From the NCBI GenBank assembly GCA_000092065.1, contig CP000589.1: a stretch of DNA of 64,000 nucleotides; one strand, 5' to 3'. The position numbers and the translations under genes are program-made. The stretch is from Ostreococcus lucimarinus (taxonomy: Eukaryota). Below the pieces are notes generated by a model. The model saw nothing but the letters and a program-made list of their open reading frames with translations, did no database searches and was not told where the DNA came from. Positions 19,867 through 29,349 of the stretch are shown one piece after another. Positions within the stretch are counted from its first letter, which is position 1; the number at the start of each line of letters is the position of its first letter.

Positions 19867-21963
19867 TCACCAGCCGCCGCGATCGACGTCGTCGCCGGCG
19901 TCTTGACGCCAGACTTGAACGTCGTCCGCGGGACGGCGTTCGCCGGAATCGCGAGGCGGCGGTCGTCGACCGTCGTCGAAAGAGCGGCGACGATCGTCTC
20001 GCGGTGGCGAACGACGGTCGTCGTCGTTGAAAGAGCGACGCTGCGGACGGGCGCGGTAGCCTTCGTTGTCGTAGCGAGGACGGGAGTCGTCGTCGAAACG
20101 CTCGCGAGGGCGGAAGGAATCTCGCTCGGGGCGGCGATCGTCGAAACGACGGCCGAATTCGCCCCTGTCCTCGCTTCGCCGATCGTCGAAAGAGCGCCGT
20201 GGTGGGCGATCGTCGAAGTTGTCGCGGTTGCGGAAAGAATCGCGTCCACCGCGACCGCCGCGGTCGCCGAAACGTCCACCACCGCGACCGCCGTCCCGGT
20301 CGCCGAAGCGACCGCCGCCGCGGTCGCCGAAGCGTCCGCCACCGCGACTGCCGTCGCGATCGCCGAAGCGATCGCCGCCGCGACCGCCAAAGCGACCGCC
20401 GTCGCGACCGCCGAAGCGTTCGCCTCGATCTTCGAAGCGACCGCCACCGCGACCGCCTCTGTCATCGAATCGGCCGCCGAAGTCACCGCCGCGACCACCG
20501 CCGTCCCTGCGCTCGAATCGCGGCGGACGATCGTCGAACCGATCGAAAGATTGACGTCTATCGTCGTCGAAGCCGCGACCGCGGCCGCCGCGACCACCGC
20601 GACCTTCGTATCCGCCACGACCGCGTCCACCGCGGTCGCCGAAGCGATCGTCCGAGCGCCTGTCGTCGAATCTGCTTCCGAACTCCTCTCTTCGATCGTC
20701 CCTGTCTCTGCGCTCAAATCGCGGCGGCCCGTCGTCTCTTCTCCGTTCGTATCCACCGCGATCATCGCGGCGTTCAAACCTTGGCGCCCTGTCGTCTCTT
20801 CTTTCGTACGATCCACCGCCTCTTCCCCAGTCGTCTCGCCTTTGGCCTCGGAAAGAATCGCCGCGGCCGCGACCGCGACCGCGATCGTCGTAGCGAGGCG
20901 GTCTGTCGTCGAAAGATCTTCGTCCCGTGGACGATTTCGCGGTCGAAACTTTGGACGTGTCGATCGGCATTTCCTCCGGCGGTGGTTTCGGCGATTCCGC
21001 CAGGCGCAACAATCGTCGAACGCAATCCGACGCCAGTTCCTTGGACGGAAGATCGGCGAACTCGTCGGGATCGTCGATGTCATTCAGCACCAACAGAACG
21101 CGAAGCAAATCCGATAATTGCAGCGCCGGATTCTCTTGTCTGTCCTGAAGTTTATCGCACGCCGAGCACTTGCCTCGCAAATGCGAAACGTCCATCGACA
21201 TCGACGCTCGCAGGCGCTGCAAACCGGCGTTGAGCTTGCGATTATTCAACCTTCGAGGCAACGGCCAATCGATGAGTTGATACACCAGAGACTCGGGCAA
21301 TCGCGAAAATAAATCAGGTCGATCGCGCGCGAAAGAGAGCGCCAATCGTTTGATCTCTCCTGGATCCGACGGCGTCAAATCCTCTTCGTCGCTCTCGAAT
21401 TTAGACTCCGAGTCGGCGCCGGCGGCCGCGTCGTCTCCGCCGCCGCTCACGCCTCGCGCCCACTCCGGCGTCTTCGAATCCCCCGCCGCGACGACGATTT
21501 CATCCGCGTTCACCCCACTGTACCCGAGCGCTTGCAAACGCGCGAGAAATATGACAAACTCCGCCCAATCCCCTCCCCACGTCGTCGTCGTTCGCACGCT
21601 CGACAACAATTCGTCCACGTCGGCGTCCACGCGCGCGCCAACCACCGCTTCGTCCGCCGCGCGCACCGCGCCCTCGTCCGCGTCCTCGCTTTCGAAATCA
21701 TTCGCGTCGACGACGCGATCAACGTCGTCTTCTTCCGCGTCATCGCTCGCCGAGGCGACGACGCGTCCCGCGCGCGCCGCCGCCGTCCCGACTAACCCGC
21801 GCGCGCGCCGAGCGCCGAGCGATTCGAGCGCGACCGGCGCTCGCCACGGCGGTGCGACGCGCGGGAGCGCGCGCGCGGTCGTCGACGCGCGCGCGCGGTC
21901 GACGCGCGGGAGCGCGCGCGCGATGGGCGCGCATCGCGCGGACGCGACGCCGCCGCCGCGCAT
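19867..21963 (-). CDS. RGG/RD-repeat protein, putative RNA-binding. It has an organelle-type N-terminus, a conserved central domain, and a long C-terminal array of FGDRGGGR / RFERRDD repeats.
   Basis: A 698-aa ORF. About 15 tandem GRFGDRGG-type repeats are encoded by a coding minisatellite at ~20200-20520. The overlapping + strand ORFs are the antisense of these repeats. Confidence 0.55.
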   Translation of the reverse strand: MRGGGVASARCAPIARALPRVDRARASTTARALPRVAPPWRAPVALESLGARRARGLVGTAAARAGRVVASASDDAEEDDVDRVVDANDFESEDADEGAVRAADEAVVGARVDADVDELLSSVRTTTTWGGDWAEFVIFLARLQALGYSGVNADEIVVAAGDSKTPEWARGVSGGGDDAAAGADSESKFESDEEDLTPSDPGEIKRLALSFARDRPDLFSRLPESLVYQLIDWPLPRRLNNRKLNAGLQRLRASMSMDVSHLRGKCSACDKLQDRQENPALQLSDLLRVLLVLNDIDDPDEFADLPSKELASDCVRRLLRLAESPKPPPEEMPIDTSKVSTAKSSTGRRSFDDRPPRYDDRGRGRGRGDSFRGQRRDDWGRGGGSYERRDDRAPRFERRDDRGGYERRRDDGPPRFERRDRDDRREEFGSRFDDRRSDDRFGDRGGRGRGGYEGRGGRGGRGRGFDDDRRQSFDRFDDRPPRFERRDGGGRGGDFGGRFDDRGGRGGGRFEDRGERFGGRDGGRFGGRGGDRFGDRDGSRGGGRFGDRGGGRFGDRDGGRGGGRFGDRGGRGGRDSFRNRDNFDDRPPRRSFDDRRSEDRGEFGRRFDDRRPERDSFRPRERFDDDSRPRYDNEGYRARPQRRSFNDDDRRSPPRDDRRRSFDDGRRPPPRDSGERRPADDVQVWRQDAGDDVDRGGW

Positions 21964-22168
21964 GCGCTCGGTCGAACGCGCGCGCGCGCGCGCGGTCGCG
22001 CGAGCGATGGACGCGCGCGCGAGGGCGCGCAGGCGATCGGCGCGTATGGTTCGCGAGCGCGCCGCGACCTCGAGGACGGGCGCGAGGTGTCGAACGGTGA
22101 CGCGGTGCGAAGTGAGGGAATCGAACGGACGCGGCGGCGGTTCGTCGGTTGGTTGGACTGCGCTCGAG

Positions 22169-23944
22169 TTACATTTGGTCGAGATAGGCGCCGTAACCGA
22201 GCTCTTCGAGCTTGCTCGCCTTGTTCAACACGACGTTCTCCATGTCGTCTTGGTACGCTAACATTTTAGAGCACACGTCGGGCTCGAACGCGGCGACGAT
22301 GCGAGCGGCGATGAGACCGGCGTTGGCGCTGTTGCCGATGGCCACCGTCGCCACGGGAACGCCTTTGGGCATTTGAACGATGGAGAGCAAGGAATCCATG
22401 CCGTCGAGATACTTGAGCGGGACTGGGACGCCGATAACGGGAAGAGGGGTCATGGCGGCGACCATGCCGGGTAAGTGCGCGGCGCCGCCGGCGCCGGCGA
22501 TGATGGCGCGCAAGCCGCGCGTGTGCGCGCTTCTCGCGTACTCGTTCATACGCTCGGGCGTTCTGTGCGCCGAAATGACGGTGACTTCGCAACCGATGCC
22601 GAAAGATTCGAGGACCTCCGCAGCGGCGCTCATCGTGGGCAAGTCACTGTCGGAACCCATGATGATGCCGACTTGAGCCGCCTTCTTCGGCGGCGTCTTG
22701 TCCCCGCTCGCGGCGCGCAAAAGCGTGTCCAGACGCTCCGTCGCCACCGCCGCGCTCGGGCCGACGACGGTGAGGTGACCCATCTTGCGCGCGAGCTTCA
22801 TGTCAGGCTTTTCGTACCAGTGAATGCTCGCACCGGGAGTCGCTAGCGCGGCGCCCATGAGACGGTGCGCCCGGCCCATGGCCTCGTCGCCGTCGCCGTC
22901 TCCCAAAATATTCTTCATCACCGCCCCGCCAACCTTGAGCGAGGTGTCACCCAAGGGCCAACCCAAAATGGCGCGCAAGTGATTTTCGTACTGCGAGCAC
23001 GCGCAGCCTTCGATGGTGTAGTGACCGCTGTTGTGCGGTCTCGGCGCGCACTCGTTGAGCAAAATCGAGCCATCCTTGAGGAGGAAGAGCTCGACGCCAA
23101 AGATCCCCGCACCCGTGAAAGACCCGATCGCTCGCTTCGCCGCCGCTTGCACCGCTTCGGCAACTTTATTCGGAATCGGCGCCGGCGTCGTCGTCGTGTC
23201 GCAAATATTGTTTTCGTGAACGGTTTCGACGACGGGGTACGCCCGCGTCTCCCCATTCTTGGCGCGCACCACCATCACCGCCAATTCCTTCTCAAACGGC
23301 ACCCACTTCTCGCAATACAACCCTTGTTCAAACCCACCCAACTTCGCCACCGCATCGGCCAAATCCGCGGCGGTCTTCGCCACCGCGTTCCCGCGCCCGT
23401 CGTACGCCAAACGCTTGGACTTTAACATGAGCGGAAACCCAAACTCGCTCGCCGCGCTCTGCAACGCGGCTTCATTCGGGCAATCCGCGTACGGCCCGAG
23501 CGGGACCCCGGCGTTCGTGAAGTGTACCTTCTGCGCATACTTATCCTGAATCGTCGCCAACGTCTCCGGCGTCGGCTGCACGTCCACGCCCGCCGCGCTC
23601 AGCTCTCGCAGCGCCTCCACGTCGATGTGTTCAATCTCCACCGTCACCACATCGCACGTCTCCGCGAACGCCTTCACCGCCGCCTTATCCCTAAAACTCC
23701 CCACCACCTGCGTCGCCGCGATCGACGCCGGCGCGCGCTCCGTCGGATCCAGCGCTTTCAACCGCACCCCCATCGGCGCCCCCGCGATTGCGAGCATGCG
23801 TCCGAGCTGTCCGCCGCCCAATATCCCCACCCGACAGTCCCGTCCGTACCCCTCGAATCCCGGTTCATCGCTATCGCGTCCGCGCGCGTTCGCGCTTTCG
23901 TCAGTCCATCGCTCGATCGCTCGCGTCGTCCCGCGTTCGCGCAT
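22169..23944 (-). CDS. ADE2: Phosphoribosylaminoimidazole carboxylase, a fused PurK (N5-CAIR synthetase, ATP-grasp) and PurE (mutase) ADE2-type enzyme.
   Basis: PurK N-terminal half ([20 protein letters not shown]...ATP-grasp). PurE C-terminal half ([42 protein letters not shown]...[25 protein letters not shown]). Confidence 0.93.
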   Translation of the reverse strand: MRERGTTRAIERWTDESANARGRDSDEPGFEGYGRDCRVGILGGGQLGRMLAIAGAPMGVRLKALDPTERAPASIAATQVVGSFRDKAAVKAFAETCDVVTVEIEHIDVEALRELSAAGVDVQPTPETLATIQDKYAQKVHFTNAGVPLGPYADCPNEAALQSAASEFGFPLMLKSKRLAYDGRGNAVAKTAADLADAVAKLGGFEQGLYCEKWVPFEKELAVMVVRAKNGETRAYPVVETVHENNICDTTTTPAPIPNKVAEAVQAAAKRAIGSFTGAGIFGVELFLLKDGSILLNECAPRPHNSGHYTIEGCACSQYENHLRAILGWPLGDTSLKVGGAVMKNILGDGDGDEAMGRAHRLMGAALATPGASIHWYEKPDMKLARKMGHLTVVGPSAAVATERLDTLLRAASGDKTPPKKAAQVGIIMGSDSDLPTMSAAAEVLESFGIGCEVTVISAHRTPERMNEYARSAHTRGLRAIIAGAGGAAHLPGMVAAMTPLPVIGVPVPLKYLDGMDSLLSIVQMPKGVPVATVAIGNSANAGLIAARIVAAFEPDVCSKMLAYQDDMENVVLNKASKLEELGYGAYLDQM

Positions 23945-24181
23945 TCATTCATTCATTCATTCGCTCACTCATTCGCCCGGTTCAAACCGACGCACCTCAC
24001 TCGAAACTTGGCCTCCCCGCTCGCGCGCGCGCGCGTCCGGCGCGTTCGCCCGCGCGCGTTCGCCCGCGCGCATCGTCGCGTCGCGCGCGGCGCGCTCGCG
24101 TCGGTCGTCGCGCGCGCCGCGGCGCCCGTCATCGCCGTCGTCGTCGTCGATGTGACGACCGCGCGGCGGGCGGCGCGATCG

Positions 24182-24334
24182 CCCTCGCGTTCGCGTATTC
24201 GACCGGTCCTGACTCGTGAAGAGTCTCACACTACGACGCGCGCGCGAACGATCGCGATCGACCCTCGCGTTCGCGCATTCGACCGGTCCTGACTCGTGAA
24301 GAGTCTCACACTACGACGCGCGCGCGAACGATCG
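24182..24334. repeat. Two 73-bp direct repeats (one mismatch) separated by 7 bp. Each unit contains the palindrome GACTCgtgaaGAGTC. They lie in the divergent ADE2 / STY-kinase intergenic region.
   Basis: Read directly: ccctcgcgttcgcg[t/c]attcgaccggtcctgactcgtgaagagtctcacactacgacgcgcgcgcgaacgatcg occurs twice. Confidence 0.85.
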
Positions 24335-24516
24335 GCGACCGGGCGACCGACCGTCGCGAAAGGCCACGGGGCGCGGCGCCAACCGAAGCGTCGCCAACCG
24401 ACGCGTCGCGCGACGCCGACGCGCGCGACACCGCGCGACGCCCGCGCGAGCGCTCGAACGCGCGCGCGTATTTCGCGCGACCGGGCGCGCGGGCGCGCGG
24501 GCGCGGCGCGGGCGCG

Positions 24517-26376
24517 ATGGCGACGGCGCGCGGCGACGACGACGCGCGCGCGGCGACGACGCGACGCGAGGACGACGACGACGACGACGGGACGCGCGCG
24601 AGGACGCGCGACGCGCGGGACGCGGCGATGCGCGAGGAACTGGCGAAACGATTTCCCACGTGCGATTGGCGGGAGGCGCGGGCGATGGACGACGCGTGCC
24701 TGGTGCTCGTGCGCGCGGCGGTCGCGGCGGAGCGACACGGGGCGAGGGCGCTCTCGTGCGGGGCGCGGAGAGTCGCGGGCGAGGACGAGGACGACGCGTC
24801 GCAGAGAATGGCGCGGGGGGGATCGAACTCGTCGAGCGCGTCGGCGGGGACGTCGTTTTCGCGCGAGGCGTACGAGCTGGAACAGCTGACGGCGGCGGTG
24901 CGCGGCGCGGGTCTGAAGACGCCGGAGGAGACGGAGTATAAATTGGTGTTTTGCGGCGCGGACGTCGGTGGGATGCTAACGAGGACGATGCAGGTGGTAG
25001 ATAGGATCGGGTTGGAGGTGAAGGATGCGCAGGCGCACAAGAGCGTGGACGGAATGGCGTTGAATTTTTTCACCGTCGTCGGGTACGAGGGCGAGGACGA
25101 ACGCGCGCTCGAGGAAGCGGTGGAGGCTGCGCTTGTGAACGAGGAAAGCGAGGAGAAGAAGCCGCCGGTACCTTTGATCATCAACGCGGCACCGCCGAAG
25201 TCGGGAGTGAAGCGCCGGAGAGACGCACGGGCGCGAGGTGGTGAAGCTTTTTCCCCGAGCACGTCTGCGGAGCATCACGGTAAATCGCAACGGGCGGCTG
25301 CGAGCTTTGGCGGACGCGCTTCTAGTCGGCGTTCGCATTCGCGGTCTGGCTCAGAACTGTCGATGAATGACTCGTTCAACAATACAGCATCGGCGACGGA
25401 TACGCCGGGGAGTGAAGAAGCTACAGAGGAACCCATGTCGGAGGACAACAGCGACGGCGCGTTGAGCGTAGGAAGCGACATCGATTCGAAAAAGCTTCAA
25501 ATCGGACGCAAAATCGGTGAAGGGACGTTCGGAACGCTGTATCACGGCATTTATCCCAGCAGAACGAGAGAAGGACGAGTCGTTCACATCGAAGTCGCGC
25601 TAAAATATGTGACGCTCAAGCGGGACGATGTCAAATCGGCGCGGCTTGACTTTTTCCAAGAAGTCAAGATGCTTCGAACTCTCAAGCACGCAAACCTTGT
25701 CGGGTACGTTGGCTCGGTGGTCGAGGGATCGGAGCTATGCTTGGTGACAGAATTCATGGCAAAGGGTCCCTTACTAGAGTACTTGCGCGAAAATGGTCCG
25801 ATGCGAAAGGTGGAAGCGATACGAGTCGCCGTCGGCATCACGCGAGGCATGACGTACTTGCACGAAGTGGGCGTGATACATCGAGACTTGAGGGCTGCGA
25901 ACGTCTTACTTTCTGGATCTTTTGACGCAAAAATTTCCGATTTTGGTCTTGCACGTCGCGTACCTCGAAACCGATCGAGGATGACCGCGGAAACAGGCAC
26001 GTATCGATGGATGGCTCCGGAGGTCATCACGCACGGCGAGTACGACGTCAAGGCAGATGTGTTTTCTTTCGCCATTACGCTTTGGGAAATCGTCACCGGA
26101 GGCGCAAACCCGTACGGGGAGTTGAATCCTCTTCAAGCCGCAGTGGCGGTCGTTCAGAGAGGAATCCGCCCGCCGATACCGCATAAGTGCGATCCCCTGT
26201 TCGCAGAATTGATGCAGAATTGTTGGAAAACCGTGCCGCAGTCGCGGCCTCGTTTTAGAGATTTGCAGCCTTTACTCGAAGCGTGTGATTCTCCGGAAGA
26301 AGTCATCGAAACCTTGGCGAAACCTCCGAGCAAGTCTTTTTTCTCCAAGTTCCGCTTCGGAAGAAAGCAACAATAA
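24517..26376 (+). CDS. ACT-domain Ser/Thr/Tyr (STY-type, TKL-like) protein kinase. This is the plant STY8/17/46 architecture.
   Basis: ACT-like region KLVFCGADVGGMLTRTMQVVDRIGLEVKDAQAHKSVDGMALNFFTVVG. Kinase motifs GEGTFGTLYHG, VALK, HRDLRAANVLL, DFGLAR and GTYRWMAPEV. Confidence 0.85.
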   Translation: MATARGDDDARAATTRREDDDDDDGTRARTRDARDAAMREELAKRFPTCDWREARAMDDACLVLVRAAVAAERHGARALSCGARRVAGEDEDDASQRMARGGSNSSSASAGTSFSREAYELEQLTAAVRGAGLKTPEETEYKLVFCGADVGGMLTRTMQVVDRIGLEVKDAQAHKSVDGMALNFFTVVGYEGEDERALEEAVEAALVNEESEEKKPPVPLIINAAPPKSGVKRRRDARARGGEAFSPSTSAEHHGKSQRAAASFGGRASSRRSHSRSGSELSMNDSFNNTASATDTPGSEEATEEPMSEDNSDGALSVGSDIDSKKLQIGRKIGEGTFGTLYHGIYPSRTREGRVVHIEVALKYVTLKRDDVKSARLDFFQEVKMLRTLKHANLVGYVGSVVEGSELCLVTEFMAKGPLLEYLRENGPMRKVEAIRVAVGITRGMTYLHEVGVIHRDLRAANVLLSGSFDAKISDFGLARRVPRNRSRMTAETGTYRWMAPEVITHGEYDVKADVFSFAITLWEIVTGGANPYGELNPLQAAVAVVQRGIRPPIPHKCDPLFAELMQNCWKTVPQSRPRFRDLQPLLEACDSPEEVIETLAKPPSKSFFSKFRFGRKQQ

Positions 26377-26608
26377 AATAGCAAAAATACCGTATTTACG
26401 CAGAAGAGCGGCGCTCGCGAGCGCTTGCGCGCAAAATCTGAGCACGATGGACTATTCAACATCATCGAGTGCCAGTGTACCATCACCTCCCTAATAATGT
26501 TTATCTATTAGTTTGAGTTGAATAAAAACAGATGTACTGTATCACCCAAGAACACCAGCGTCGTTGCCTTCATTACGATGCGCGCGCATTACATACGAAT
26601 TAAAACTA

Positions 26609-27753
26609 CTACTTCTTAGTCGAAGGGAAAAGCGTCGTCAACGACGGTCGCGTCGGATTCACTTTGACGACTTGGTCGCCGACGACTTCGACGTTCTTGT
26701 ACGTGTAACCGACAAAGTTGGAATCTTTGCCCGCATCCGTTTCCCCAAGTTCACTCTTCTTTCGCATGCTCTCGTCCTCTTCGAAATCTTCAAAGTTACG
26801 AGTGTCCAATTGATGCGAAACGACGGGACTATGGGGTGGCTTCCTCGTGTAGAGAGTGTCCCAGTCGATGCCGCTAAAAAATTTGTGCGATTTGATCTCT
26901 TCCACGCCTCCGCTCGTTCCTAAACGCTGATCGACGTCGCATAACAGACGTTCGATCAAGTCGCGCGCTTCGGGAGAGATCGTCGCGTCGTCTGGAATTC
27001 TCAAGTGGTGTCTCCAGTGCACGATTTTACGGCACGTCGTCATCGGCTCGTCGCTGTAAAACGGCGCGTAACCCATGAGCATTTCAAACATGATAGCACC
27101 GACGCTCCACCAATCGCACTCCAAGCCGTATCCTTTCTTCAGGAGAACTTCTGGGGCGATGTAGTCCGGCGTACCAACTGTGCTGAACGCCAACCGACGT
27201 CGATTCTTCTGCCAGTTCGCGAGCTCTTCTGCGCGCTTTTGATCCGTCTCGATCGTGTTTGGCAAATTGCCCTCGCCGTCTCGACTCATCGCCGCTTCGT
27301 TCTCCAAGATTTCCGGGAGAACCGCCTGCTGATACGCCGGATCGATGGGTTTGCACAATCCGAAGTCGCTCAACTTCATGTGACCATCCTTGTCGAGCAA
27401 CAAGTTGTCCGGTTTGATGTCTCTGTGAATAAAGTTGTGTCGATGAATCGTCTCCAGCGCCGCCACCGTCTGCGCCAAGTAAAACCGCGTCTCTTCCTCC
27501 GTGAGCGTATCGCGTCGAATCAACAGAGTCATCACGTCTCCACCCGGTAAATATTCCATCACGAGGTACAAGAATTGATCGTCTTGAAACGAATAATACA
27601 GCGTCACCACCGCGCGCGAGTTCACCTCGGCGAGCAAGTTTCGCTCCGCCTTGACGTGATCGACTTGCCCGCGCCGAACCATTTCCGACTTTTTCAGCTT
27701 CTTCATCGCGAAAATCTCCCCCGTGCTCTTCTGTCGCACCAACCGCACCTCCC
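26609..27753 (-). CDS. NDR/LATS-family AGC protein kinase, exon 2 (kinase subdomains II-XI plus the hydrophobic-motif region).
   Basis: [24 protein letters not shown]...[25 protein letters not shown], then a long insert before [10 protein letters not shown], which is typical of NDR kinases. The frame continues upstream only through a splice. Confidence 0.85.
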
Positions 27754-27862
27754 CTGTTCGCGCGCGCGAAACGAATCCCACCCGTCGTCAGTCCCGCGTC
27801 CTCCCGGAATATTCCCGCGCGCGTCGTCGTCCGCGTCGCGTCGCGTCGCGTCGTTCACGCAC
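27754..27862 (-). other. 109-nt phase-1 intron of the NDR kinase gene (GTGCGTGA...CTGACGA...GCGAACAG).
   Basis: Splicing joins ...DFEPLKLIGRGAFG to EVRLVRQK, reconstituting an intact kinase subdomain I-II. A canonical CTGAC branch point lies about 34 nt before the AG. Confidence 0.8.
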
Positions 27863-27940
27863 CGAAAGCCCCTCGCCCGATCAACTTCAGCGGTTCAAAA
27901 TCCTCGACGCACATCCTTTTCCCCGTCCCCTGTTGCGCCT

Positions 27941-27984
<44 letters not shown>

Positions 27985-28133
27985 TCGCCCGCGCTCGCCT
28001 CGGTCCTCGCGCGCGCGTCCCCCGTCGTCATCCCTCCCTCTCGCTCGCTCGCCGCCCGCTGCGCCTTGCTCGCTCGCTGCGTCTTGCTCGACATCTTCGC
28101 CACCGCGCGCGAGAACCACGACTCCTTCCCCAT
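27863..28133 (-). CDS. NDR/LATS kinase exon 1. It carries the N-terminal regulatory region with a 14-residue poly-Thr tract and the glycine loop.
   Basis: MGKESWFSRAVAKMSSKTQRASKAQRAA...T14...CVEDFEPLKLIGRGAFG ends in a GT donor. Confidence 0.75.
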
Positions 28134-28522
28134 GTCGTCGCCGCGCCTCGTTCGTTCGTTCGTTCGTTCGAATCAAATCTCAAATCCGACCCCTCGTCGT
28201 CGCCGTCGTCGCGACGCGTTCGATCCCGATCGACGCGCGACGCCGCGCGTCGTCGTCCTTCGTCGCGCTCGCGCGGTCGCCGCGTCGCGATCGCCGTCGC
28301 TCGACGATCCGGGTCGCGTCGTCGCGCGCGCGCGAGTGCCGAGCTCGATCGATCGATCGAACGCGTCGCGTCGCGCGCGTCGACCGCGCGACCGCGGCGC
28401 CGGTCGACGACGCGCCGGCGCGCGGCGCGCGCGACGACGCCGACGCGCGCGCGCGACGTCGCGGCGCGCGACGGTCGGATTGGATGTCGTTTCGGACGCG
28501 CCGCGTCGGCACACGCGCGCGC

Positions 28523-28525
28523 ATG

Positions 28526-28561
<36 letters not shown>

Positions 28562-29170
28562 ACGCGACGCGTGCTGCGCGACGTCGTCCGCGCGCGACGC
28601 GCGCTTCGCGAGATCCGCGCGTCGCTCGACGCGAATCGCGCGCGGACGACGCGCGATTCGCGTCGAGCGTCGCGACGCGCGCGGTCGGACGCCGCGCGCG
28701 CGATCGCGCGCGACGCGAAGCGCGCGTCGAAGCGCGACGAAACGGACGCGCGAACGGCGACGGCGGCGACGCGCGCGCGGTTGGCGACGGCGGCGACGCG
28801 CGCGCGCGAGACGAGCGAGACGCTCGCGGCGGCGCTCGCGGCGGCGGCCGACGCGCGAGGCGGCGCGCGAGCGCTCGAGGACGCGCGAGGCGAGGTCGAG
28901 GACGCGAGGCGAGCGATTCGGGACGGCGCGCGCGCGATCGAGGCGCGCGCGAGGGCGATCGGGGCGACGATGGCGGCGACGGCGGCGGACGTCGAGGACG
29001 CGACGGAGGCGCGAGACGCGCGCGAGCGCGCGAGGCGGGCGACGGAGGCGGATTTCGAGCGCGCGCTCGCGCGCGAGCGGCGCGCGTGCGAGCGCGCGAT
29101 CGATGCGATGGACGCGCGCGCGCGCGATTGCGTCGTCGACGTCGCCGTCGCTCGACGCGGCGTCGCGTAA
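28523..29170 (+). CDS. Possible Ala/Arg/Asp-rich coiled-coil protein (MDDDDDDDDDDDATRRVLRDVV...). It lies inside an ~80 % GC zone where all six frames are open.
   Basis: The only support is the cluster of six TGTAA motifs immediately after its stop codon. The composition is repeat-driven. Confidence 0.25.
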
Positions 29171-29226
29171 CGTCACGTCAATGTAAAGTCAGTGTAATGT
29201 AATGTAACGTCAATGCAATGTAATGC
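29171..29226 (+). promoter_or_regulatory. Cluster of six (C/T)AATGTAA motifs (TGTAA-type putative polyadenylation signals) in an AT-rich island within very GC-rich DNA.
   Basis: cgtcaatgtaaagtcagtgtaatgtaatgtaacgtcaatgcaatgtaatg read directly. TGTAA is the green-algal poly(A) signal (established in Chlamydomonas). Confidence 0.5.
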
Positions 29227-29349
29227 GGCGCGTCGTAACGCGACGCGACGGACGCCGCGCCGACGGACGCCGCCTCGAATCGACGCCGCGTCGACGCGCG
29301 CGTCGGCGTCGCGTCGACGCGCGCGTCGACGTCGTCTCGCGTCGACGCG

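Noticed and set aside
27575-29186. Long plus-strand ORFs of 531 and 487 aa spanning the NDR kinase exon 1 region.
   Set aside because: They overlap the confirmed minus-strand kinase exon and its (ACG)n tract. Only the distal part (28523-29170) is retained as a low-confidence candidate, because of the downstream TGTAA cluster.
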